From IMG/VR virus record IMGVR_UViG_3300025986_000001, positions 66,758 through 130,757 of that record: DNA of 64,000 nt; one strand, 5' to 3'. This DNA comes from a virus (lineage: Duplodnaviria; Caudoviricetes). Below the pieces are notes generated by a model, which had not been told where the DNA came from, ran no database searches, and was given only the letters and a program-made list of their open reading frames with translations. The position numbers and the translations under genes are program-made. How positions within the stretch are numbered: position 1 is the stretch's first letter; each line of letters starts with the position of its first letter. This document shows positions 27,105-34,482 of the stretch, one piece after another.

Positions 27105-27177
27105 AGCCGAAGGGGCGACTTGAACGCCCTACCTGCCGCTTACGAGGCGGCTGCTCTACCAGGTGAGCTACATCGGC
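27105..27177 (-). tRNA. tRNA-Thr (CGT)
   Basis: Loop CTCGTAA. Confidence 0.9.
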
Positions 27178-27181
27178 ATGT

Positions 27182-27320
27182 TGGTGGCCGGGGCCGGATT
27201 CGAACCGGCGACCTCCTCCTGAGAACCTCACCGGTTGTACACCCGGGCTCAGCGCGTCCGGCCGGGACCGCGCAGCGAGCAAGAGGCGGAGGTGCTCTGG
27301 GCCGCTGAGCTACCTCGGCA
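27182..27320 (-). ncRNA. tRNA-like RNA with a 68-nt structured domain replacing the anticodon loop
   Basis: D-arm, CCTCC/GGAGG stem, AGGTC, GCCGG-TTCGAAT-CCGGC, ACCA. Confidence 0.8.
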
Positions 27321-27379
27321 CGTTTGTGGACCCCGGCCCGGCTCTCGCGGGCTGGCAGCATGTCAGCGCAGGGTCAGCG

Positions 27380-27451
27380 CTCCCCGACCAGGATTCGAAC
27401 CCAGCCCTGCGGAACCAGACTCCGCCGTCCTGCCAGCTAGACCATCGGGGA
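27380..27451 (-). tRNA. tRNA-Gln (CTG)
   Basis: Loop GTCTGGT. Confidence 0.85.
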
Positions 27452-27532
27452 TCGGCCTCGCGACGTTCCTGTATCGAGCGCCGCGAGGCAGGTGCCAGGC
27501 GCGCCCGCAGCGCTACGGGCGACCTGGGTGAT

Positions 27533-27973
27533 TCAGCGGGCCAGCGAGGCCCACGTCGGTGCGGCCGGCTTGACGAGCAGCACCATGCCGGCTTCGGCCG
27601 GCGTCCGGTCGGCCTTGTGCTGGTTGCACCGGTCGCATGAGGCGACGGTGTTCTTCCAGCTGTTGCGGCCGCCGCGGGAGCGGGGCTGGATGTGGTCGAC
27701 CGTGGTGGCCGCGCCGCGGCAGTAGCCGCAGATCCTGCCGTCGCGCACCATGACGCCCTTGCGGGACCAGGTGGGGCCGGCGGTGTGCCGCCACTTCGTG
27801 TACACGTACTTGATCAGCCGCACGACCTTCGGCTTCGGGAAGACGCCGATGAGCTTGTCGCTCTCGAACTCGTGCAGCTCGGCGACCTGGCGGACCAGCA
27901 TCCTGATGGCGTGGCGCAGGCTCACGCGGTGCAGGGGTCCGAGGTCGGCGTTGACGACCAGAACATCACTCAC
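27533..27973 (-). CDS. HNH endonuclease (McrA-like)
   Basis: VLVVNA..PL, RDG.ICGYC, TTVDHIQPRSRGG..SW.N.VASC..CN..K. Confidence 0.9.
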   Translation of the reverse strand: MSDVLVVNADLGPLHRVSLRHAIRMLVRQVAELHEFESDKLIGVFPKPKVVRLIKYVYTKWRHTAGPTWSRKGVMVRDGRICGYCRGAATTVDHIQPRSRGGRNSWKNTVASCDRCNQHKADRTPAEAGMVLLVKPAAPTWASLAR

Positions 27974-28014
27974 CGGGTTCACCTCCTTTATGCGATCAAG
28001 ATACCGGCGACGAG

Positions 28015-28087
28015 AGCGGCTGACCGGGATCGAACCGGTGACCTCCGCCTTGGCAAGGCGGCGCGCTACCAGCTGCGCTACAACCGC
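28015..28087 (-). tRNA. tRNA-Gly (GCC)
   Basis: Loop TTGCCAA. Confidence 0.92.
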
Positions 28088-28107
28088 ATGAACTACGGCG
28101 GCAGGAG

Positions 28108-28181
28108 AGCCCCGCGGGGGACTCGAACCCCCACTGGACCGCATGTTGAGTACGGCGCCTCTACCGTTGGGCTACCAGGGC
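28108..28181 (-). tRNA. tRNA-Leu (CAA), short variable arm
   Basis: Loop CTCAACA. Confidence 0.75.
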
Positions 28182-28185
28182 GAAG

Positions 28186-28257
28186 AGCGGACGACGGGAA
28201 TTGAACCCGCGCAACCAGTTTGGAAGACTGGGACTCTGCCGATTGAGCTACATCCGC
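28186..28257 (-). tRNA. tRNA-Gly (TCC)
   Basis: Loop CTTCCAA. Confidence 0.92.
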
Positions 28258-28390
28258 GAGCGTCACAGGGTTGGCGTCGGCCGGGAGTCAAATCCTCTGC
28301 GAGCAGGACGGCCGTCCTGGCATCGCTTTCTCGGACCTCGAGTCAAACGGGATCGCCTTGTGACTGGCGTCCCCGGCGCCGGGGACGTTG

Positions 28391-28466
28391 TAGGCCAGGC
28401 CGGATTTGAACCGGCGATCTCCGCCTTGAGAGGGCGGCGAGCACTCCAGACTGCTGCCGCTGGCCC
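28391..28466 (-). tRNA. tRNA-Glu (CTC)
   Basis: Loop CTCTCAA. Confidence 0.85.
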
Positions 28467-28519
28467 ATTCGAGCTGCCGCCGGCAGGGGAACACGCCCCT
28501 GGTGTTTCTGACGGCAACG

Positions 28520-28593
28520 TGCCCGCGGCCGGTTTCGATCCGGCGGCCTCTGCCTTTTCAGGGCAGCGCTCTCCCAAACTGAGCTACACGGGC
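28520..28593 (-). tRNA. tRNA-Phe (GAA)
   Basis: Loop CTGAAAA. Confidence 0.9.
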
Positions 28594-28698
28594 GCGAGGT
28601 TTTAGCTGGTCGACTTACGCCCTGACGGCGCCCGGCTATCCGGGTGGACCGTCTGTGGGCCACCCAACGGAAGCCCGGACGGCTCGACCATCGCCAAG

Positions 28699-28771
28699 TG
28701 GAGCCTGCCGGAGTCGAACCGGCGACCTTCTCCCTGCCGAGGAGACGCGCTGCCAGCTGCGCCAAGGCCCC
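28699..28771 (-). tRNA. tRNA-Ala (GGC), C33
   Basis: Loop TCGGCAG, G3-U70. Confidence 0.88.
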
Positions 28772-28875
28772 ATGGTGCCCCGGCCGGCGTACCGTCCGGG
28801 GCGATCTCATGCCATTCCACTGTGCAGTTCTCAAGTCATGCCATGTCCGTGCCCGCCGCGGCGGGGGACCGTACG

Positions 28876-28948
28876 CGCGGGTGGCACGAATTGAACGCGC
28901 ACCTGCCGGTTTTGGAGACCGGAGCTCTACCGGTTGAGCTACACCCAC
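28876..28948 (-). tRNA. tRNA-Trp (CCA)
   Basis: Loop CTCCAAA. Confidence 0.88.
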
Positions 28949-28977
28949 TTGACCTGCGTATTCAGTTGTCGGCCGAC

Positions 28978-29011
28978 GAAAAACGCCGCCTGCCGGGGTC
29001 CGGTGGCGGCG
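28978..29011 (-). terminator. intrinsic terminator just upstream of the tRNA cluster
   Basis: acgccgcc...ggcggcgt followed by a T run on the minus strand. Confidence 0.65.
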
Positions 29012-29279
29012 TCAGCGTCTCGCTGGACTTCAGCGCTTACGTGCGCCGCCTGTGCGCGGGCTTGCTCTGCTCATCACGGCGGGCGAAGGGGATCGTCCCG
29101 CAGGCGCGGGCAGCCGAGCCCGGCAGCATGTGCTGCGGGTTGCTCGTGGCCTGCCACCGATACATCGTGGGACTCCTCATCCATGTCCAGCCGTGCTTGA
29201 CACTCACCGTAGGGGTCGGGCCCGTCCGGCGCAAGGACATTACCGCTGCCGTGTCGCGCCCGCCGGGCCGCCGCACGCC

Positions 29280-29501
29280 GCGATTAAACGAAAAACCCCT
29301 GCATGGCGTTTGCCATCAGCAGGTTTTTGAAGAATCTTGACGATAGCGTTTGCCATCCTGGGGTTTCCTGATTTTTCGGATGACCCTTGAGCTGGGAAGA
29401 TGATTAAACGAAAAACCCCGGGCATGGCAATTGCCATGCCCGGGAAGTCCGCTTAATCCCCATAATGGCAAACGCTATCGAGGGGTTTTTCGTTTAATCG
29501 C
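29280..29501. promoter_or_regulatory. repeat-rich divergence point with a 37-bp terminal inverted repeat
   Basis: GATTAAACGAAAAACCCC three times and ATRGCRWTTGCCAT four times. Confidence 0.8.
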
Positions 29502-29572
29502 AGGCCGGGGTGACACCGACCGGCGCGTCGCTTTTGATGTTGTAAGCTGTCTCAAAACTCGGAGGTTTGCGC

Positions 29573-29986
29573 ATGAGACAGGCAGAGGCGGTCATCGCCG
29601 TGAGCAGTGATCTCGGAATGTGGGAGATGTTCGCCGCCGCCGACAGCGAGCACTCTCCGAACCCGCTGCGGCACTTCGGGCCGCTGGGGTACGCCCGCCA
29701 GGACGGCAGCGCCCGGCGGATCCTGCGGGTGATGCTGGCCGAAACCGACGACCCGGCCGACGAGGACTACTGGGCGTGGCTCGACCTCGGTGCCTCGCAG
29801 CCGTCCTGCATCGGTGCGACCGAGCAGGACATGACCGATCGGTTCCGGCTCGGTGAGCAGGTTCCCGGCCCGCGCGAGGAGCAGGCGGTCGGCCAGGGTG
29901 CGATCCTGCGGCTGCGGGTGACGGTGATCGAGGAGATCTTCCTGCGCTCCGGCAGGGATCGCTGGAAGATTTCGAGCGCGCTGTGA
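29573..29986 (+). CDS. hypothetical protein
   Basis: GGAGG RBS. Confidence 0.7.
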   Translation: MRQAEAVIAVSSDLGMWEMFAAADSEHSPNPLRHFGPLGYARQDGSARRILRVMLAETDDPADEDYWAWLDLGASQPSCIGATEQDMTDRFRLGEQVPGPREEQAVGQGAILRLRVTVIEEIFLRSGRDRWKISSAL

Positions 29987-30537
29987 GCGCCGAGCTGCGG
30001 CCGTACCGTTTCCTGAGCCTCTATCACGCCGGCGAGGTGACTGCGGGGGAGATCCACGACTACATCGACGCGTGGCACCTGGGCAATGCTCCGGTCAGCC
30101 TGCACGTCTATCTGGGTCTGACCTGGGCGGAGTACCGCACCTGGCTGCACGACGGCTGGCTACCCACCGTCGAGGAGCATGCGGTGGAGCGCGTCGACGC
30201 GGTGTGGGTGCCCGGCGAGGATGACGATGACGGCGAGATCCTGCGGGTCCACTCACCGGTCAACTGCCGGCCGCCGTGCCCGATCCACTGGCCCAGCGAT
30301 CACCCGCTCGTCCGTTCGCCGATGCGCTGGGACACCCGCGGGTTCCTGACCCGCCGCTGCTCGCACGGCCAGGAGCACCCCGATCCCGACGATCAGCAGG
30401 TCCGTCTGCACGAGGAACTGCGCGAGCATCAGTGTGACAGCTGCTGCACCGCACAGATCATCGACGGCGAGGTCTGCGCAACGCCGGTTGCCGAGCTGCT
30501 GCAGGCCGAGCAAGGTGTTGTCAGGAGGCCGCGATGA
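29983..30537 (+). CDS. hypothetical two-domain protein with His/Cys-rich C-terminus
   Basis: CPIHWPSDH...RRCSHGQEHPDPD. Confidence 0.75.
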   Translation: MSAELRPYRFLSLYHAGEVTAGEIHDYIDAWHLGNAPVSLHVYLGLTWAEYRTWLHDGWLPTVEEHAVERVDAVWVPGEDDDDGEILRVHSPVNCRPPCPIHWPSDHPLVRSPMRWDTRGFLTRRCSHGQEHPDPDDQQVRLHEELREHQCDSCCTAQIIDGEVCATPVAELLQAEQGVVRRPR

Positions 30538-30827
30538 GTACCTACCGGTTGGACACCGCGAAGCTGGCCCGGGAGGTGGACCGGGCCCGCCGGGCCGGCG
30601 CGCCCGACGAGATGAGCTACCGGGAGGTGGCCCGGGCCATCAACGTCGGCCCGAGCATGTTCACCCGGCTCAACGACGGGCTCGGGCTGCACGTCGACGC
30701 CCTGTGCTCGCTGCTGATGTGGTTGAACCCGCAGGCGCGCCTGAGCGACTACGCCCTGCCGGGAGATCAGGCCGATGCACGCCCGCCGGCGCCGCGCCGC
30801 CGGGAGTACGAACGGATCGGAGGGTGA
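30534..30827 (+). CDS. HTH DNA-binding protein
   Basis: MSYREVARAINVGPSMFTRL. Confidence 0.7.
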   Translation: MSTYRLDTAKLAREVDRARRAGAPDEMSYREVARAINVGPSMFTRLNDGLGLHVDALCSLLMWLNPQARLSDYALPGDQADARPPAPRRREYERIGG

Positions 30828-31114
30828 CAGTGCCACCGACGGTGAATGCCGACGCCGAGGACCGGAGTCCCAACAAGATCTATCCGCCGTGGAACGACGA
30901 GACCGTCGACGCCCTGAATCTCTACCAGAAGGAAGGCGAGTTCCACCCCTTCACCTGCGGGCAGGGCGCGAAGGGAGCACACGTCGGCGGGATCAGCCTG
31001 GTCGCCACCGCCGCCGGCTGGCACTGCCCGGTCGGTACTTGCTACTACACCCAGAACTGGGCGTGGACGTTCATGGCCGGGAAGAACTCCGACCCGCCGC
31101 CGGGAGTTTCCTGA
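30824..31114 (+). CDS. hypothetical protein
   Basis: LNLYQ....FHPFTC...W.C....Y.Q.WA. Confidence 0.7.
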   Translation: MTVPPTVNADAEDRSPNKIYPPWNDETVDALNLYQKEGEFHPFTCGQGAKGAHVGGISLVATAAGWHCPVGTCYYTQNWAWTFMAGKNSDPPPGVS

Positions 31115-31169
31115 TGGACGACGAGCAGATCCGGGAATCCGACACCGTCCACGCCATCTGAGGAGAGTT

Positions 31170-31613
31170 GTGCCTGTTCGCGACGAGAAGCCGGAGAAGC
31201 TGACCCTCGACCATGTGCAGCGCGGGCCGTTGCCCTGGCGTGGGGCTGAGCTGACCGAGTGTGGCTTGCCGGTCGCAAATCATCCGGTGATCACCCGGGG
31301 CAGCTACCTCGCCCGAATTCGGGAGTGGGGTCAGCAGCGCACCCGGTTCACGGTGTGCCGCACTTGCGCGACCACCGCGGCGAACTGCAAGCCGTGGGAG
31401 GAGGACCCGGTCGGTGTGATTCGCCGCGAGTCCGAGCGGTGCGGCTGGTTTCCTCGCGACGGCGATGAGGGGCGGGATCTATTCGCCCGGGAGCTGCGTG
31501 CGCTGGCCGCGCTGGCCGCGGCGCACCCGGAGGAGTTCGCCGGCTACGTGCAGGGGCTCGCTGAGACGGTGTCACTGGATGCGGTGCGCAGAACCCACCG
31601 GCGGCGAGCATGA
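31170..31613 (+). CDS. hypothetical protein
   Basis: GAGGAG RBS. Confidence 0.7.
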   Translation: MPVRDEKPEKLTLDHVQRGPLPWRGAELTECGLPVANHPVITRGSYLARIREWGQQRTRFTVCRTCATTAANCKPWEEDPVGVIRRESERCGWFPRDGDEGRDLFARELRALAALAAAHPEEFAGYVQGLAETVSLDAVRRTHRRRA

Positions 31614-31807
31614 AGCGACATCTTCCACGGGGGCGCTGGAACACCGAACTGCTGGCCGATTTGAGTTGGCGGGAGCTGGCGGCGATATCTCGCTACCCTT
31701 ACCACCGCAGCAAGGCGGGCGCGAAACGTCGAATCCACCGACTCGACCGTCGACAGGCGCGGCGGCAGTGTGTCCGGGTAACGAATGAGCAAGGAGAAGG
31801 CTCGTGA
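31610..31807 (+). CDS. small Arg-rich protein
   Basis: ATGA coupling. Confidence 0.5.
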   Translation: MKRHLPRGRWNTELLADLSWRELAAISRYPYHRSKAGAKRRIHRLDRRQARRQCVRVTNEQGEGS

Positions 31808-32154
31808 GTGATGACGAGCAGCTCGACGCGCTGGCCGCGGAAGCCGAGCGCGGCTACGACCCGGCCGCGCTGCGTCAGCAGCTGACCCCGCTGACGAAGC
31901 TGCAGCTGGACATCCTCGAGCTGGAGGACGCCAGCTTCAACCGCCCCGGCGAGAAACTCAGCGAGTTCAAGCGCCGTTGGCCGAAGGTGAATGAGGTCTG
32001 CTACGGGTGGACGCTGCTGCAGCTGCTGTCCAACCCGGTCGCCTGGGAGTACGACAACAGGCGATACGCCGGCACGCTGGCGCGCATCGAGCGGCTGCAC
32101 GGTGAGGCCGAGCGGCTGCGGACCAGAATCCGCGGCATCGCAACAGAGTTGTAG
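31804..32154 (+). CDS. DUF3263-like protein
   Basis: ILELE...GEK....R....Y...L..LL..P.A pattern. Confidence 0.55.
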   Translation: MSDDEQLDALAAEAERGYDPAALRQQLTPLTKLQLDILELEDASFNRPGEKLSEFKRRWPKVNEVCYGWTLLQLLSNPVAWEYDNRRYAGTLARIERLHGEAERLRTRIRGIATEL

Positions 32155-32164
32155 GCTGCTCGCC

Positions 32165-32461
32165 ATGTCCACGGCCTTGCACAGCCAGCGCACCGCCCAG
32201 CTGCTTGCCCTGCTCGGCGGCGACGGGTTCACCGCCGGCGGCGGCCGCAGCTTCGTCCAGGGTGCTGACGGCTACGTCGAACACGCCGGCTCCGGGATCT
32301 GGATCCACGCGGACGCCGACATGGTGCGCCTGGTCGTGCCCGCCGCCGGCGACCTGCCCGCCTACCGGCTGGTTCTCGGCCTGCGTGACCTGGGCCCCCG
32401 CGACGCGGTGCGGGTCATCGCGGTGCACGCCCGGGCGGCCCTGGCCGGGAAGGAGGACTGA
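32165..32461 (+). CDS. hypothetical protein
   Basis: GC3-biased ORF. Confidence 0.55.
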   Translation: MSTALHSQRTAQLLALLGGDGFTAGGGRSFVQGADGYVEHAGSGIWIHADADMVRLVVPAAGDLPAYRLVLGLRDLGPRDAVRVIAVHARAALAGKED

Positions 32462-32530
32462 GCATGCGCATGCACCACTTCCGGCTGTTATGAGGCCGCA
32501 GATCGCGGCCCTCGTAACGAGGAGCCGAGC

Positions 32531-32914
32531 ATGTCCCGCACCGACAACACCGACCCGCACTGGGTCCGCGCCATCTGGTGGGAGCCCGACCACTACCGCT
32601 GCCAGCACTCCTGGATCCGCCGCCGCGACTGCGACCTGCCACCGGCCCCGATCGTCGCCGCGGAGTACCGCAGTCGGCGCATGACCGGCCTGCACAAGCG
32701 CTGCATCTGGGTGCCCAGCTGGGACGGCATGACCACCGGCGGCGGCTGGAGCAGCCCGCCCTGGTTCAACCGCATCGAATTCACCGCCCCGGAACGCCGG
32801 CGCGTCCGCGACCAGCTCACCCGGGCCCGGCAGGAGTACCGCGCCGCCGGCGACACTGACGTCGTCGTCGAGACCGCGCAGCACCGCCACCAGGGCGCCT
32901 GGGCCTGGTGGTAA
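32531..32914 (+). CDS. basic MSRTD-type protein
   Basis: GAGGAG RBS. Confidence 0.7.
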   Translation: MSRTDNTDPHWVRAIWWEPDHYRCQHSWIRRRDCDLPPAPIVAAEYRSRRMTGLHKRCIWVPSWDGMTTGGGWSSPPWFNRIEFTAPERRRVRDQLTRARQEYRAAGDTDVVVETAQHRHQGAWAWW

Positions 32915-32970
32915 CCGAACAGCCCGGGCGCCACGTGCGCCCGGGCACGAGACACCAAGGAGCAACGTCC

Positions 32971-33285
32971 ATGCCGCTGAGTCCCGAGACCGAACGGCTC
33001 TACGCCGAGCAGGCCGAGAATTACCGGATCGACCCGCAGCAGTACCGCAACGAGGACGGCGAGGTCGGCTTCGCGGTCCAGGTAAACGAGCGGAACTTCG
33101 GCGCCATCCTGACCTGGGTGGGTGACGGCGACCCGTGGTACAGCAACTCCTTCGTCGCCGGCCTGGCCTTCGGCGAGTATGAGGACCAGGTCTACGTCCC
33201 GTTCGGCTGGTGGGTCATCCAGCACGGCCGCAAGTTCGAGTACCTGTCGGAGAATGCCTTCGAGAATGAGTGGACCGCGTGCTGA
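32971..33285 (+). CDS. hypothetical protein
   Basis: AAGGAG RBS. Confidence 0.75.
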   Translation: MPLSPETERLYAEQAENYRIDPQQYRNEDGEVGFAVQVNERNFGAILTWVGDGDPWYSNSFVAGLAFGEYEDQVYVPFGWWVIQHGRKFEYLSENAFENEWTAC

Positions 33286-33363
33286 CCGTGGAGGTGATCG
33301 ACGTGATCAACAGGCGTTAGCCCGGCGGAGGTTCCGCCGGCGGCCGAAGGACAGGTCGTTCAC

Positions 33364-33648
33364 ATGTCCAGGACCGATGTGCACCGCCCGTGGGCCGTGC
33401 AGTTGGCTGATCCACACAACCGTCATCTGTTCTACCGCTACCCGGCGCGGCCGTGGGAAACCGGGCTGGCCCCGATCAAGAACCTGTACTGCGGCTGCCA
33501 TCTATGCACCGGCCATCGCGAGCGCAAGGCCGACCGCCGGGCGCAGCGTCACCAGGCCCGGCGAGACCTGCGGGAGCTGCTGGCTCAGGCTGCGGCGGGC
33601 GACCTTGACGAGGATGCGCCACTCCCCCACCGGGTCGAAGTCTGGTGA
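33364..33648 (+). CDS. basic MSRTD-type protein
   Basis: MSRTD.H.PW; CGCHLC. Confidence 0.7.
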   Translation: MSRTDVHRPWAVQLADPHNRHLFYRYPARPWETGLAPIKNLYCGCHLCTGHRERKADRRAQRHQARRDLRELLAQAAAGDLDEDAPLPHRVEVW

Positions 33649-34482
33649 CCGCTGCCGGGTTCGCGCGTTGATTCTCCTGAGGTGAGTAAGTCATCCACTG
33701 GGAGGGTCCATGCGGCCGGTGTGCTGCGGCAACACGGGCCAGGAGCATTTTGTGACTCCTGGCCCGTTGTCGGTTGTGCTGTGATACGGTGTCCCACAAG
33801 TCAAACACTCTTCCTGAGTTGTGCACCCGGGTACGACGACCAGGGCGGTCCGACTACGTCCCCGGTCTGAGGCACCTGTCCTTCGCCCTGATCGGATCCC
33901 CGGGAATGGTCGGAAGAACGGGGGTGACCGTCTGTGGCCTGCCCGGGGTCGTCGACCAGGAGCGGGCCTCACACCTGATGGGCCGATGGAACCCCAGGCG
34001 CAACATCAAGATCCACGAACTGCGCCCATGCCAGAGGTGCCATCAGTTCATCAAGAACTCCATCCGCCTGACCTGAAGGGATCGACCTGGCGTGAGAACG
34101 GCAACCCCCAGCACGACACTGCGCCCGCCCACCCGTGTCGTCGTCACGTTCTGCCTCACCGGCCGGCCTGACAAGCCCGGCCCGATCTGCACCCGCATCA
34201 AGCTGCACGGCGGTCACTGCTGCGACGAGATCCTCGGCGAGTCGTGGAACGCGCGCGGCCGCGACGCAGTCTGCAGGGCCGATCACGACCATTCCGCGGA
34301 GAAGGGCATGGCCGGCCGATGAGACCGGAAGAGGTTCCCGAAGAGTTGATCGAGATCCTGGACCGTCGCGCCGGCAAGGCTCACAGCCGCTTCGGTAGTG
34401 CTGTCTCCGCCCTGGCCGAGATCCTGACCAGATACGACCAGCTCCGCACCACACCCGACGACAACAACCCCAAGGAATCGTC

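Noticed and set aside
24066-28948. Opal suppressor or selenocysteine tRNA explaining the terL TGA codons
   Set aside because: No cloverleaf has a TCA anticodon; the TGA-anticodon tRNA is Ser; tRNA-Trp lacks the G24A suppressor change.
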